A DNA stretch of 64,000 bases from assembly GCA_913048465.1 (NCBI GenBank), contig CAJWVO010000006.1, forward strand, positions 2,012 to 66,011. The letters run 5' to 3'. Within the stretch, counting starts at the first letter, position 1; each line of letters opens with the position of its first letter. This DNA comes from an uncultured Nitrosomonadales bacterium (GTDB lineage Bacteria; Pseudomonadota; Gammaproteobacteria; Burkholderiales; Methylophilaceae). Positions 1 through 11,535 of this stretch are shown piece after piece. The translations under genes were made by a program, and so were the position numbers. A model generated the notes under the pieces. It did not search any database. It was not told the origin of the DNA and saw only the letters and a program-made list of their open reading frames with translations.

Positions 1-183
1 AGCAGGCAGCCTGTTGTGATGATTGCATTTTGGACATACGTGAAGATTTTTTTCTAGATCGCTATTGTAAAGTGCTGCACCACAAGACGAACACTTATGC
101 CACACTCCATCTGGAACTCTCTTTTTTTCCGCACCAACAATTCTTTTTATTTTAGGAGGAATGACGTTTTTTAACCAACTCAT
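1..183 (-). CDS. accD: Acetyl-CoA carboxylase carboxyltransferase beta subunit, N-terminal part (runs off window)
   Basis: Manual translation from ATG at 183: MSWLKNVIPPKIKRIVGAEKKRVPDGVWHKCSSCGAALYNSDLEKNLHVCPKCNHH, with the C4 zinc finger; directly follows trpA as in the usual trpFBA-accD order. Confidence 0.93.
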   Translation of the reverse strand, partial: MSWLKNVIPPKIKRIVGAEKKRVPDGVWHKCSSCGAALYNSDLEKNLHVCPKCNHHNRLPA

Positions 184-975
184 TTAAATGACCTCGCGAA
201 TAGATTTAATAATCTTTGAAATATTTTCCAACATATTATTTTCATTGGATTTTTCAATCTCTTGAATAATCCTACTGCCAATGACAATAGAGTCAGAAAA
301 ACTGGCAACAGCTTTTGCTGTTTCTGGATCCCTTACTCCAAAACCAACACCAACTGGTAAATCCGTTAATGATTTAATTTCAGCAACACGATGTTTCACT
401 TGATCGATATCAATATTTTGTGCCCCAGTAACCCCTTTTAATGAAACATAATATAAAAAACCAGTTGCTTGTTTTATGATTTGTTGAATTCTTTCTTTCT
501 CAGTCGTTGGTGCTAACAAAAAAATGGTATCAATGTCATTTTCTTTAAGCTTGTCAACATACTCTTTCGACTCTTCCGGAGGATAATCGACTGTAATAAT
601 TCCATCTACATCAGCCTCTTTACATAATCTTAAAAATTCATCAAACCCAATAGCCTCGATAGGGTTGGCATAACCCATTAAAATAAGAGGTGTGTCTTGA
701 TCAGTATTTCTAAATTCTTTAGCAATTTCAAATGTTTTTCGTATTCCAACATTATTTGCAAGCGCCCTTTCGCTTGCTCTTTGAATCACAGGTCCATCGG
801 CCATTGGATCCGAAAATGGAATCCCTAGCTCAATCATATCCGCACCTGAATCTACCAGTTGATGAAGAATTTTTTTCGTCATTTCGACAGATGGATCGCC
901 AGCAGTGATAAAAGGAATTAGTGCTTTTTTATTATTTGACTTTAATAATGAAAATATTTTTGAAATTCTACTCAT
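184..975 (-). CDS. trpA: Tryptophan synthase alpha chain
   Basis: IELGIPFSDPMADGPVIQ motif; downstream of trpB. Confidence 0.98.
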   Translation of the reverse strand: MSRISKIFSLLKSNNKKALIPFITAGDPSVEMTKKILHQLVDSGADMIELGIPFSDPMADGPVIQRASERALANNVGIRKTFEIAKEFRNTDQDTPLILMGYANPIEAIGFDEFLRLCKEADVDGIITVDYPPEESKEYVDKLKENDIDTIFLLAPTTEKERIQQIIKQATGFLYYVSLKGVTGAQNIDIDQVKHRVAEIKSLTDLPVGVGFGVRDPETAKAVASFSDSIVIGSRIIQEIEKSNENNMLENISKIIKSIREVI

Positions 976-979
976 GATT

Positions 980-2182
980 CTAAATTTTTATACCAGCAAT
1001 GTTAGCAACTGTATTGATATCTTTATCACCTCTTCCAGAAAGATTTACTAAAATTGTTTTATCTTTAGGAAGCTCTTTGGCCAGTTTTTCTGCATAAGCA
1101 ATAGCATGGCTTGTCTCGAGCGCAGGGATAATACCCTCTGTTTTACAAAGATTATGGAAGGCTGCCAGAGCTTCATCATCATTCACGGCCACATACTCAG
1201 CCCTCCCTGTATCTTTTAGCCATGAATGTTCTGGACCAACACCAGGATAATCTAAACCTGCTGATACAGAATGTGTCTCTATAATTTGTCCCTCTTCATT
1301 TTGCATCATGTAAGTTCTGTTTCCATGAAGGACCCCAACTGGACTATTTGCAGTTAATGGAGCTGCATGCTTGCCTGTCTCAATACCATGTCCTGCTGCC
1401 TCAACACCAATCAGTCTAGTTTCTTTATATGGAATATATGGATAAAAAATACCCATAGCATTTGAACCACCACCAACGCATGCAATAACTGCGTCAGGTT
1501 GTTTACCCTCTAATTCATCCATTTGTCCAATAGCCTCTTTTCCAACAACAGAATTGAAGTCTCTGACCATCATTGGATATGGATGAGGGCCAGCTACTGT
1601 ACCTATGATGTAAAAAGTATTGCTGACATTTGTTACCCAGTCTCTAAGTGCCTCATTAAGCGCATCTTTAAGAGTTTTCGATCCACTCTCGACAGGTACT
1701 ACTTTGGCTCCCAATAATTTCATTCTATAAACATTCGGGCTTTGTCTTTTAACGTCTTCAGCACCCATATAAACCACGCACTCAAGACCAAGACGAGCTG
1801 CAATAGTGGCTGTAGCAACCCCATGCTGACCTGCCCCAGTTTCAGCAATAACCCTGGGTTTACCCATTTTTTTTGCCAACAAAGCCTGTCCAACAGTATT
1901 GTTCACTTTGTGAGCACCTGTGTGATTAAGATCTTCTCTTTTGAAGTAAATTTTTGCACCGCCTATTTTATGAGTTAATCTCTCAGCAAAATAAATTGGG
2001 CTCGGTCTGCCAACAAAATGTTTTAAGTCATGATGAAATTCATTTAAGAACTCTTTATCGTCCTTAAACTGGTTATACATTTCTTTGAGTTCATCAAGTG
2101 CCTCAATTAATGTCTCAGCTACAAACGTACCTCCATAGGGGCCGAAGTGTCCATTTTGATCAGGGAAATTATAATTATCCAT
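980..2182 (-). CDS. trpB: Tryptophan synthase beta chain
   Basis: [14 protein letters not shown]-lysine motif, [22 protein letters not shown]. Confidence 0.99.
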   Translation of the reverse strand: MDNYNFPDQNGHFGPYGGTFVAETLIEALDELKEMYNQFKDDKEFLNEFHHDLKHFVGRPSPIYFAERLTHKIGGAKIYFKREDLNHTGAHKVNNTVGQALLAKKMGKPRVIAETGAGQHGVATATIAARLGLECVVYMGAEDVKRQSPNVYRMKLLGAKVVPVESGSKTLKDALNEALRDWVTNVSNTFYIIGTVAGPHPYPMMVRDFNSVVGKEAIGQMDELEGKQPDAVIACVGGGSNAMGIFYPYIPYKETRLIGVEAAGHGIETGKHAAPLTANSPVGVLHGNRTYMMQNEEGQIIETHSVSAGLDYPGVGPEHSWLKDTGRAEYVAVNDDEALAAFHNLCKTEGIIPALETSHAIAYAEKLAKELPKDKTILVNLSGRGDKDINTVANIAGIKI

Positions 2183-2798
2183 TTTTCACAACCTTAATAA
2201 ATTGTTTCATAAGCTCTTCGCTTTTTTTACCTTTCGTTTCACTTTCTACCCCGCCACTTACATCAACAGCGTAGGGTTGGTATTCTTTTATGAGAGTTGA
2301 TACATTATCAGGCGTCAACCCCCCTGCAATTATAATTGGTTTTTTTAAATTTCTTGGAATTAGGGACCAATCAAAAGACTTACCTGTACCGCCAAAGTGA
2401 TCTGTATCAAAAGTATCAAGCAGAATTGCTGATGCGTCAACAAAATCATCACATATTTTTTCAATATTTGTATCTTTTTTGACAGAAATAACTTTAATAA
2501 AAGGAAACTTAAATGAAGAGCAAAATTCAGGGGTTTCAGATCCATGAAATTGAATAACATCTATAACATTTTCAGAAATTACTGAACGAACAAATTCGGC
2601 TTCAGGGTTCACAAACAATCCAACTTTTGAAATGAAAGGAGGAAGTGTTCGATTAATTTGGATTGCCTGCTCAATAGAGCAAAATCTTGGACTGTCTTTA
2701 TAAAAAACATAACCAATTGCATCTGCGCCTGCATTACAAGCATTTATTGCATCATCGCAATTGGTGATACCACATATTTTTACTTTTACGTTATTCAT
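2175..2798 (-). CDS. trpF: Phosphoribosylanthranilate isomerase
   Basis: [39 protein letters not shown]. Confidence 0.97.
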   Translation of the reverse strand: MNNVKVKICGITNCDDAINACNAGADAIGYVFYKDSPRFCSIEQAIQINRTLPPFISKVGLFVNPEAEFVRSVISENVIDVIQFHGSETPEFCSSFKFPFIKVISVKKDTNIEKICDDFVDASAILLDTFDTDHFGGTGKSFDWSLIPRNLKKPIIIAGGLTPDNVSTLIKEYQPYAVDVSGGVESETKGKKSEELMKQFIKVVKNG

Positions 2799-3571
2799 AT
2801 AATGATTGTATTTTTTAAATCAACTATCTTGAATTTCTTTTCATACTTAATGTTGGTAAGGTAAAGACCATTTGGTGAAAATGTATTCGATGCCTTCGTT
2901 CTATCCTTTACCTCAAATAGATATTGTACATAATCCAATGGCTTTTTTCCTGAAACGATATCTAGAATGACACTCATCATATTTCTAATTTGGTGATGAA
3001 GAAAACCATCGGCAGTAAATTTAAAAAGGATAAAATTTTCTTTTTTTTGATAGCACGCACCATGCATAATTCTTTCAGGCTTTTTTGATTGACACTCACT
3101 GGATCGGAAACTACTAAAGTCATGTTTACCAATAAATTCTCTTAATACTTTATCAAGAAGTTTAAAGTTTATTTCATAGCCATAATGGCCTGCCTTTTGA
3201 TGCCAAATGCCTGAAGGTGTTTCATTATGGTGAAGCAGGTACTGATACTCTCTCTCTATGACGTTAAACCGTGCATGAAAATTCTCATCAACTTCTGTGA
3301 CCCATTTGATAGAAATATCATGAGGTAAAAAAGAATTAGCTCCCTTTTTCCAAGAGCTTAAAGGCCTTTGTGATTCTGTATCAAAATGAAATACTTGACC
3401 AAGTGCATGAACACCAGCATCCGTTCTCCCTGACGCTTCAATCTTGACATTATGGTTAGCAATCTTTGATAAAGCATTTTGTATGCACAATTGTATGGTG
3501 TTCTGATTGGGTTGAATTTGAAAACCAGCATAATTGGTTCCTAGGTATTCGACGATTGCGGCAATTCTCAT
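2795..3571 (-). CDS. truA: tRNA pseudouridine(38-40) synthase
   Basis: ASGRTDAGVHA catalytic motif; start moved to ATG 3571 (MRIAAIVEYLGTNYAGFQ), overlapping the upstream stop. Confidence 0.96.
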   Translation of the reverse strand: MRIAAIVEYLGTNYAGFQIQPNQNTIQLCIQNALSKIANHNVKIEASGRTDAGVHALGQVFHFDTESQRPLSSWKKGANSFLPHDISIKWVTEVDENFHARFNVIEREYQYLLHHNETPSGIWHQKAGHYGYEINFKLLDKVLREFIGKHDFSSFRSSECQSKKPERIMHGACYQKKENFILFKFTADGFLHHQIRNMMSVILDIVSGKKPLDYVQYLFEVKDRTKASNTFSPNGLYLTNIKYEKKFKIVDLKNTIII

Positions 3572-4164
3572 ACGATAAATAAAACTAGTAAATAACAAAA
3601 AACAAAAAAATAGCCATAGCTATTCAGTTCAAATGTATCTATCCTGACTTTCAAATTTTCTTGAGAAAATAAAAGATTTTTAAAAGAATTTACAGGACTT
3701 TTATAATTAAATTTTTTCCTAGAAAACAGTCTGAAATAACTAAAAGTCAAAATTATTATCTTATACAATTTATTAACGTTCAAACCCACATATTTAAAAG
3801 GGTAAATAAAATACATAATTGAATTTACCACCTCTATTTCTTGAGTTTTCATTAAATAAATTTTTGCAACTAAAAAGATGTTCATTAAGAGTAATGATTG
3901 TTTTAGTCCTGCATAAAATCCATCATAAGTGACTGAAAAATTATAAAACTGAGTCACTATTTCCCCCGGGACTGATAGGGGAAAGATAATAAAGATACTC
4001 ACAAGGAAATATTTTATTTTAAAGAAAAAAATAAATGGGTTGTACTTAATAATAAAACAAACCAATATTAAAAAAAGAAGGAGGTAAAAATTAAGAGTTA
4101 TTGATAAGTAATATATGAACTTCAGTGATATAAGGGTAGCTAATAATTTGAGAAGCTCAGTCAC
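3568..4164 (-). CDS. Multi-pass membrane protein, possibly a divergent ECF transporter T (CbiQ-like) component
   Basis: 198 aa, very hydrophobic; FPLSVPGE and IYPFKYVGLNV..IIILTFSY resemble CbiQ/EcfT segments; lies between fimV and truA. Confidence 0.55.
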   Translation of the reverse strand: MTELLKLLATLISLKFIYYLSITLNFYLLLFLILVCFIIKYNPFIFFFKIKYFLVSIFIIFPLSVPGEIVTQFYNFSVTYDGFYAGLKQSLLLMNIFLVAKIYLMKTQEIEVVNSIMYFIYPFKYVGLNVNKLYKIIILTFSYFRLFSRKKFNYKSPVNSFKNLLFSQENLKVRIDTFELNSYGYFFVFCYLLVLFIV

Positions 4165-4167
4165 TTA

Positions 4168-5610
4168 TTAAAATGAGTTTTTATCCTCACGAGACAAGTT
4201 ATCAATAACATCTGGTTCAGTTTGTTGATTATTATTAATCTCAGATGAAAATATTGGTTTTTCGTTTTTCTTCTTTCTGGAGATGAAGAAAATAATTCCT
4301 GCCACTGCAGTTATAAGGAATAGAAGGACCAATACAATCATTAAGTTATTTTTTTCATTTTTAACATCGTCTTTTAATACAACCTGATTAATCTCTGAAT
4401 CAGCAGATATCGAGGATGTGAACACATCATCGCTGGCTTCTTTGGCATCCTCATCTAAGACAATCTCCTCGATTTCGAAATCGTCTCCTTTTATATCTAT
4501 TACTTCTTTTTGTTCAGAGTTTACCTCCGAAGGTTTATTTTTATTTTCAGCATCAGGTGTTAAATTATTTTTCCTTCCCTCCGCCAGTTCTTTTAATTTC
4601 TGCTCCGCCTCAGCAAGCTTAAACTCTAACTTCTCAATCTTTTCTTTTTCTTTATTATTTTCTGGTTTTTTTGTAGATTTATTCTCACTCGCTTTTGGTT
4701 GAGTCAGCTTTTTCCAGTCATCATTTTGAGATTTCAAAATCTTTCTTGCTTCCAAATGACTTAAGTCTGAAAAATATGATTTATTCGGTACTGTTAGAAT
4801 CTGATTTTTATTCAACCCATTAATATTTCCCTCAGCAAATGCTTTTTTGTTATTTTGGTAAATACCTACCACCATTTGCTCTAGAGTAATCCCTGATAGA
4901 CTATTTTCACGAGCAATTTGGTACAAAGTTTTACCGGGTACAGATTTGACTGTTTTTTGCTCATCGGTGTCTTGATCATCAACGGCTACTTCTTTAGTGT
5001 TTTTAACTGCCTCCTCAGCTTGCTCTTTTTTTGCAGTTTGTTGATTTTCTTCTACTAACTCTTCTTTTTGTGTCTCGATTAAGTCTTGATTTTCTTTGGA
5101 TTTTTTTTCTGAATCAATTTCACGTTTTTTTCCTTCAGCCAAATCTTTTGCAGGAAGTTTATTGTTATCCTTTGCAGAATCTTTTTCGAGGGTTTCATTA
5201 ATTATCTTATCCATCGGGTCTGGGGGATCAAGAAGCACTGTGTATTCACGATAATTTCTACCCTTAGGTGAATCAATCTGGATTAACAAATCTAAGAAAG
5301 GGTCTTTAACCGGCTTATCACTTTTTAATTTTAAGTAAATCTTCCCCTCAGAGTTTTTTACAAAATTAGCATCAATGTTTGCATGCACAGGAAGTCTTTC
5401 AATACCCTGGGATTCAAAGTCTTCTTTTGTGGCAATGCTCGGCACTAACTCAGTCACATCGTCAGCTTTTGTAAGGATGACCTCAATATCAGCATTTAGA
5501 GGTTGTTCTTGTTTCGAGTTGATTGAGATTTTTCCTAGCTGCAACGCTTGAGATGAAAAAATAAATGTGAATACAGAAGCAAAAAGAAATAATTTAATTA
5601 ATCTGGTCAT
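4168..5610 (-). CDS. fimV: FimV-like polar landmark protein, C-terminally shortened
   Basis: Signal peptide, LGKISINSKQEQPLNADIEV and REYTVLLDPP FimV N-terminal motifs, LysM-like segment (TLYQIA...QILTVP), one TM helix; asd-fimV-truA synteny. Confidence 0.85.
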   Translation of the reverse strand: MTRLIKLFLFASVFTFIFSSQALQLGKISINSKQEQPLNADIEVILTKADDVTELVPSIATKEDFESQGIERLPVHANIDANFVKNSEGKIYLKLKSDKPVKDPFLDLLIQIDSPKGRNYREYTVLLDPPDPMDKIINETLEKDSAKDNNKLPAKDLAEGKKREIDSEKKSKENQDLIETQKEELVEENQQTAKKEQAEEAVKNTKEVAVDDQDTDEQKTVKSVPGKTLYQIARENSLSGITLEQMVVGIYQNNKKAFAEGNINGLNKNQILTVPNKSYFSDLSHLEARKILKSQNDDWKKLTQPKASENKSTKKPENNKEKEKIEKLEFKLAEAEQKLKELAEGRKNNLTPDAENKNKPSEVNSEQKEVIDIKGDDFEIEEIVLDEDAKEASDDVFTSSISADSEINQVVLKDDVKNEKNNLMIVLVLLFLITAVAGIIFFISRKKKNEKPIFSSEINNNQQTEPDVIDNLSREDKNSF

Positions 5611-6725
5611 TTGTTGGATATTATACTCAAGATTCGTCTTAATGGTTCAGCTGCACCCCATAATAATTGATCCCCAATGGTAAATAGAGAGATCATATCG
5701 CTATCAAGGTTAAGTTTTTTTATTCGACCTACTAAAATATCTAACTTACCAGATGCATTGGTTGGAGATAAATGACTTATGGTCGCATCTCGTTCATTAG
5801 TAATCAATTTTACCCACTGGTTTCCTGCAGAAATTTTTTCATTAATCTGCTCAATTGATAAATTTTCCTTCATTTTGATCGTTAACGCTTGGCTATGACA
5901 TCTCATGGTACCAATTCGAACACATAATCCATCAACCTTGACTGGTGCGTATTGTGATTCCAGAATTTTCAAGGTCTCATTTTGTCCTTTCCACTCTTCC
6001 TTGCTGCTGCCATTTTTAAGATCTGAGTCAATCCATGGAATTACACTACCAGCAAGAGGAACCCCAAAATTATTTATTGGCATATTTTTATCTAACATTG
6101 CACTAGTTATTTTATGATCTATATCAAGAATTGATCCTTGTTGATTCTCCAACATATCAAACACTGAGTTAAATAAATAACCCATTTGAGACAAGAGCTC
6201 TCTCATGTTATTTGCTCCAGCACCACTCGCTGCCTGATAGGTCATGGATGAGACCCATTCAACTAAGTTTTCTTTAATTAATCCATGTATTGCAAGCAGC
6301 ATAAGCGAAACGGTACAATTTCCACCAACCCATGTCTTGACACCATCTGAGTAAGATTTGTCGATCAAATCTGAGTTAATTGGATCAAGCACAATAACTG
6401 CATTTTTTTCCATTCTAAGATGTGATGCTGCATCGATCCAGTGCCCATCCCAGTTTTGATTTTTTAACTTGTCGTATACATCTATCGTAAATTGGCTTCC
6501 TTGACATGTGAGGATGACATCCATATTCGATAGCTCCTCAAGATTATTAGCATCAATAAGATATTCTGATTCTGCAAAATCAAAAGGACATTTTTCACCA
6601 GCTTGTGAAGTTGAAAAGAAAAAAGAGGCGTAATTTTTAAAATCATTTTCCTCGAGCATTCGCTGCATTAGAACCGATCCAACCATGCCTCTCCAGCCAA
6701 CAAAACCAACTTTTAACTTATTCAT
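5607..6725 (-). CDS. asd: Aspartate-semialdehyde dehydrogenase
   Basis: GWRGMVGSVLM, GGNCTVSLM, GDQLLWGAAEPL. Confidence 0.98.
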   Translation of the reverse strand: MNKLKVGFVGWRGMVGSVLMQRMLEENDFKNYASFFFSTSQAGEKCPFDFAESEYLIDANNLEELSNMDVILTCQGSQFTIDVYDKLKNQNWDGHWIDAASHLRMEKNAVIVLDPINSDLIDKSYSDGVKTWVGGNCTVSLMLLAIHGLIKENLVEWVSSMTYQAASGAGANNMRELLSQMGYLFNSVFDMLENQQGSILDIDHKITSAMLDKNMPINNFGVPLAGSVIPWIDSDLKNGSSKEEWKGQNETLKILESQYAPVKVDGLCVRIGTMRCHSQALTIKMKENLSIEQINEKISAGNQWVKLITNERDATISHLSPTNASGKLDILVGRIKKLNLDSDMISLFTIGDQLLWGAAEPLRRILSIISNK

Positions 6726-7781
6726 TTATAAATTTCCTAAAATACGGTCACCCATCTCTTCGCATCCAATTTTCGTATAGTTGTCATCCATTATGTCAGC
6801 AGTTCGATAACCTTGTTGAAGTGTTTTTTCAACCGCTTCTTCGATCCTAATGGCTTCATTAGGCTGTTTAAAAGTGTATTTATACATCATTGCTGCTGAT
6901 AAAATCGTGGCAATTGGGTTTGCAATGTCTTGACCAGCTATATCTGGAGCCGAACCATGACTTGGCTCATATAAGCCTTTGTTGTTGATATCTAAGGATG
7001 CAGAAGGAAGCATGCCAATAGAACCTGTCAGCATGGATGCCTCATCAGACAAAATATCTCCAAAAATATTTCCTGTAACCATGACGTCAAATTGTTTTGG
7101 TGCCCTGACTAATTGCATTGCCGCGTTATCTACATACATATGCGACAGAGATACATCTGGATAATTTGCTGATAAATCTTCCATCACTTCTCGCCATAGT
7201 TCTGTTGACTCAAGAACATTGGCTTTATCTACAGAACATAATTTTTTATTTCTTAATTGAGCAAGCTGAAAGGCAACATTTCCTATCCTGCGGATCTCAC
7301 TCTCTGAATAACGCATGGTATTAAAACCCTCACGTTCTCCGTTTTCAAGGTTATGAATTCCCCTTGGCTGGCCAAAATAAATGTCCCCAGTTAATTCACG
7401 AACTATTAAGATATCTAAGCCAGAAACAATATTAGGTTTAAGTGAAGACGCATCCACCAACTGATCAAACAGCATGGCAGGTCTTAAATTGGCGAATAAA
7501 TTAAGCTCCGACCTTATTCGCAATAATCCCCTCTCTGGTCTCAACTCTCTTGGTAATTGATCGTACTTCCAATCGCCGACTGAACCCATCAGGATCGCAT
7601 CAACGTCTTTAGCTTTTTGGAGGGTAGTTTGTGGTAATGGATCTCCATCTGAATCATAACCAGCACCTCCTATGGGTGCCTCATCAATATCAAAATTAGG
7701 AGACAATGCCTTAATTATCTTTACAGCTTGTTTTGTTATTTCTGGGCCGATACCATCACCGGGTAGGGTTAATATGTTCAT
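6726..7781 (-). CDS. leuB: 3-isopropylmalate dehydrogenase
   Basis: [46 protein letters not shown]. Confidence 0.98.
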   Translation of the reverse strand: MNILTLPGDGIGPEITKQAVKIIKALSPNFDIDEAPIGGAGYDSDGDPLPQTTLQKAKDVDAILMGSVGDWKYDQLPRELRPERGLLRIRSELNLFANLRPAMLFDQLVDASSLKPNIVSGLDILIVRELTGDIYFGQPRGIHNLENGEREGFNTMRYSESEIRRIGNVAFQLAQLRNKKLCSVDKANVLESTELWREVMEDLSANYPDVSLSHMYVDNAAMQLVRAPKQFDVMVTGNIFGDILSDEASMLTGSIGMLPSASLDINNKGLYEPSHGSAPDIAGQDIANPIATILSAAMMYKYTFKQPNEAIRIEEAVEKTLQQGYRTADIMDDNYTKIGCEEMGDRILGNL

Positions 7782-7783
7782 TT

Positions 7784-8416
7784 TTATTCCTGTTTAAGCC
7801 ACGGATAATTTGAAAAATAACTTTTCTCAAAATTTACTATTACACTTTTATTCTCAAGAGTTAATCCAATCTCATCTAAGCCATTCAACAATGAGCTCTT
7901 TTTGAATTCATCGATTTCAAAGGAATATGATTTTGAAGATTTAACAAATTGTTTTTCTAAATTAACTTCAATTTCAAGAGTTTTGGTCTCAGTTTCAGAA
8001 AATAACTCTTCAATTTCATCCTTTTGTAAAGTGATTGGCAAAATACCATTTTTAAAACAGTTGTTGTAAAAAATGTCAGCAAAACTTTCTGCGATAATGA
8101 CCTTAATACCAAAATCTAATAGTGCCCAAGGCGCATGCTCTCGGCTAGACCCGCACCCAAAATTTTCTCTAACCAATAGAATCTTACTGTCTTTAAATTG
8201 TGGTTTATTTAAAACAAAATCAGGGTTGATCGATCTTTTAGAATTATCCATACCAGGCTCACCATGATCTAGGTATCGCCATTCATCAAACAAATTTGGC
8301 CCGAATCCCGTTCTTTTGATTGACTTTAAAAATTGCTTGGGAATGATCGCGTCAGTATCAATATTAGATCGATCAAGAGGGATAACCTTGCTAATGATAT
8401 GTTTAAACTTATCCAC
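7784..8416 (-). CDS. leuD: 3-isopropylmalate dehydratase small subunit
   Basis: [28 protein letters not shown]; probable GTG start at 8416 (ORF track extends to 8428). Confidence 0.97.
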   Translation of the reverse strand: MDKFKHIISKVIPLDRSNIDTDAIIPKQFLKSIKRTGFGPNLFDEWRYLDHGEPGMDNSKRSINPDFVLNKPQFKDSKILLVRENFGCGSSREHAPWALLDFGIKVIIAESFADIFYNNCFKNGILPITLQKDEIEELFSETETKTLEIEVNLEKQFVKSSKSYSFEIDEFKKSSLLNGLDEIGLTLENKSVIVNFEKSYFSNYPWLKQE

Positions 8417-9815
8417 TGATTTTCTCATTTCTTATATCAACAAAATGCCCATGAACTGCTGCTGCTGCAGCCATCGCAGGACTGACTAAATGGGTTCTGC
8501 CACCCTGCCCCTGCCTTCCTTCAAAGTTACGATTTGACGTTGACGCGCATCTGTCACCACTTTCAAGACGGTCTGCATTCATTGCAAGACACATTGAGCA
8601 ACCTGGATCTCTCCATTGAAAACCTGATTCCATAAAAATTTTATCTAACCCTTCGGACTCCGCTTGTTTTTTTACAATACCGGACCCAGGAACAGCCATT
8701 GCTAACTTAATACTCGGATTAATTTTTTTACCTTTCAAATATCGCGCTGCCTCTCTTAAATCCTCTATTCTTGAGTTTGTACATGAACCAATAAACACTT
8801 TATCCACAGATATCTCATTGATTGGAGTATTTTCATTGAGACCCATGTATTCAAGAGCCCTTTGGAAATCAAGGTGCTTGTCGGATGTTAAATTGCTTTT
8901 TTTAGGAATAGATTCGGTAATTCCCTTCACCATTTCAGGAGATGTTCCCCAGCTCACCTGAGGCTCTATCATGGTCGCATCAATTTCAACTACTTTGTCA
9001 AAAACTGCGTCTGAATCAGAGTGAAGAGTTCTCCAATCTTTTTCTGCCAGATCCCACATTCCATTTTTTGGAGCAAAGGGCTTATTTTTTAAATAGTTAA
9101 TTGTAGTATCATCAACAGCAACCATCCCCGAACGAGCCCCGGCTTCAATTGCCATATTGCACAGCGTCATTCTTCCTTCCATCGATAGCTGCTGAATAGC
9201 ATCTCCACAAAATTCAATAGCATAACCGGTGCCTCCAGCAGTTCCAATTTGCCCTATTACAAATAAAGCAATATCTTTTGCTGAAACAAGAGGATGAGTT
9301 TTACCCTGAACGTCAATTTTCATTGTTTTAAGCTTTTTCTGAATTAAGCATTGTGTGGCCATGACATGCTCAACTTCCGAGGTGCCAATGCCCATTGCTA
9401 AAGCTCCAAAAGCTCCATGAGTGCTTGTATGAGAATCGCCGCAAACGATCGTCATACCCGGAAGAGTCAAACCTTGCTCAGGTCCAATAACATGAACAAT
9501 GCCCTGTCTCACATCGGACATATCAAACTGAAGCAAGTTGTGATCTTTACAGTTCTGGTCGAGAGTCTCCACTTGGATTTTTGAAATAGGGTCCTGGATT
9601 CCCTTATCCCTATCTGTTGTTGGCACATTGTGATCAGGAACAGCCACGACAGATTCCTTACGCCACAATGGACGTTCATGGATTTTTAAACCCTCGAATG
9701 CTTGAGGACTAGTCACCTCATGAATTAAATGACGATCGATGTATATGAGATAGGTATCATCCTGAGCTAAAACAACATGTTTATCAAAAATTTTCTCATA
9801 TAGATTCTTTGCCAT
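8409..9815 (-). CDS. leuC: 3-isopropylmalate dehydratase large subunit
   Basis: [30 protein letters not shown] Fe-S cysteines. Confidence 0.99.
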   Translation of the reverse strand: MAKNLYEKIFDKHVVLAQDDTYLIYIDRHLIHEVTSPQAFEGLKIHERPLWRKESVVAVPDHNVPTTDRDKGIQDPISKIQVETLDQNCKDHNLLQFDMSDVRQGIVHVIGPEQGLTLPGMTIVCGDSHTSTHGAFGALAMGIGTSEVEHVMATQCLIQKKLKTMKIDVQGKTHPLVSAKDIALFVIGQIGTAGGTGYAIEFCGDAIQQLSMEGRMTLCNMAIEAGARSGMVAVDDTTINYLKNKPFAPKNGMWDLAEKDWRTLHSDSDAVFDKVVEIDATMIEPQVSWGTSPEMVKGITESIPKKSNLTSDKHLDFQRALEYMGLNENTPINEISVDKVFIGSCTNSRIEDLREAARYLKGKKINPSIKLAMAVPGSGIVKKQAESEGLDKIFMESGFQWRDPGCSMCLAMNADRLESGDRCASTSNRNFEGRQGQGGRTHLVSPAMAAAAAVHGHFVDIRNEKISG

Positions 9816-9818
9816 AAA

Positions 9819-10313
9819 CTAATCCCTAAAATTACCAAAATTTAGAGGGTAGTCAGACACATTTGTTTTTACCAACGCAATCGACTCCTGCAAAATATCT
9901 CTCTTTGCACCAGTGACTCTAACCGTATCGCCTTGGATTGAGGCCTGGACCTTTAATTTACTGTCCTTTAATAATTTGATAATTTTTTTTCCAAGTTCTT
10001 GATCAATTCCATCCGACACTTCGACATCAAGTTTCACATTATTTCCTGAAATACTCTCAAGATTTTTATCCAACAATCTTTTAGTTGAGTCAGGTTCTTT
10101 TTTTTCGAGTGATGGAAGTAAAATATCTTTAATTTGATTAATCTGAAAATCATTATCTCCAAATAAAGTGATAATTAAATCCTTCTCATTAAATTCAATA
10201 CTTGCAGATGTGCCTTTAAAATCATAGCGATTTTGTATTTGCCTTCTAACAACATCAACCGCATTTGCTAAATTGACCTTATCTGCAGAAGAGCTTATAT
10301 CGAAACTGGGCAT
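9819..10313 (-). CDS. yajQ: YajQ family nucleotide/c-di-GMP-binding protein
   Basis: MPSFDI start, RYDFKG, KVQASIQGDTVRVTGAKRD, NFRD end. Confidence 0.95.
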   Translation of the reverse strand: MPSFDISSSADKVNLANAVDVVRRQIQNRYDFKGTSASIEFNEKDLIITLFGDNDFQINQIKDILLPSLEKKEPDSTKRLLDKNLESISGNNVKLDVEVSDGIDQELGKKIIKLLKDSKLKVQASIQGDTVRVTGAKRDILQESIALVKTNVSDYPLNFGNFRD

Positions 10314-10316
10314 AAT

Positions 10317-11531
10317 TTAATCCTTCTTATTTCTACCTAAAGTTTTAAGTCTTAATGCGTTCAGCTTAATAAAACCTTCCGCATCATATTGATTATAGGA
10401 TCCTCCATCATCTTCAAATGTGGCGATATTCTCGTCAAATAAACTGTGAGGACTACTTCGACCAACAACCTGAACAGATCCCTTGTAGCAAACTAAATCA
10501 ACCTCACCGGTAACATTTTTTTGGGTATGATCAATCAGGGTCTGTAATGCTTCTCTTTCCGGAGCAAACCAAAATCCGTTATATATTAACTTCGCATACC
10601 TCGGCATTAATTCGTCTTTTAGGTGAGCCACTTCACGATCAAGTGTAATAGATTCAATGGCTCGATGAGCTTTTAATAGAATGGTTCCACCAGGGGTTTC
10701 ATAACATCCTCTGGACTTCATGCCAACAAATCTATTTTCAACTAAATCTAGTCGACCAATTCCATTTCTTGAGCCCACCTGATTTAGATAATGAAACACT
10801 TCATGAGGTTTCATGGTTTTATTATTGATGGCTACAGGGTCTCCATTCTCAAAAGAAATTGATAACGATTCTGGTTCATCATTTGCCGCTTCAGGCGACT
10901 TAGTCCATCTCCACATCGAGTCTTCTGGTGGATTGCTAGGGTTTTCTAGATGTCTACCTTCATAAGAAATGTGAAGAAGATTAGCATCCATACTATATGG
11001 GCTTCCTCCATTTTTATGCTTCATTTCTACAGGAATGCCATGTTTTTCAGCAAAACTTAATAATTTTTCACGACTCAAAAGATCCCACTCTCTCCATGGA
11101 GCGATCACTTTAATATCAGGATTTAATGCATAGGCATTCAATTCAAATCTAACCTGATCATTACCCTTGCCGGTAGCTCCATGAGCTATTGCATCAGCTC
11201 CTGTTTCAGCAGCTATTTCAATTAGTCTTTTTGCAATCAGAGGTCGAGCTATTGATGTTCCAAGTAAATATTCACCCTCATAAATAGCATTGGCTCTAAA
11301 CATTGGGAAAATATAGTTTTTTGCAAAATCTTCCTCAAGATTTTCAATATAAATTTCTTTAATTCCAGCTTGTTTTGCTTTTTCTCTGGCTGGCTCAATT
11401 TCTTCACCCTGGCCAATATCGGCCGTAAAGGTTACCACTTCACAATCATATTTTTCTTGTAGCCATTTCAAAATTACAGAGGTATCTAATCCGCCTGAGT
11501 ATGCCAAAACAACTTTTTTAATTGATTTCAT
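10317..11531 (-). CDS. argG: Argininosuccinate synthase
   Basis: [37 protein letters not shown]; likely start ATG 11531. Confidence 0.98.
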   Translation of the reverse strand: MKSIKKVVLAYSGGLDTSVILKWLQEKYDCEVVTFTADIGQGEEIEPAREKAKQAGIKEIYIENLEEDFAKNYIFPMFRANAIYEGEYLLGTSIARPLIAKRLIEIAAETGADAIAHGATGKGNDQVRFELNAYALNPDIKVIAPWREWDLLSREKLLSFAEKHGIPVEMKHKNGGSPYSMDANLLHISYEGRHLENPSNPPEDSMWRWTKSPEAANDEPESLSISFENGDPVAINNKTMKPHEVFHYLNQVGSRNGIGRLDLVENRFVGMKSRGCYETPGGTILLKAHRAIESITLDREVAHLKDELMPRYAKLIYNGFWFAPEREALQTLIDHTQKNVTGEVDLVCYKGSVQVVGRSSPHSLFDENIATFEDDGGSYNQYDAEGFIKLNALRLKTLGRNKKD

Positions 11532-11535
11532 AAAA

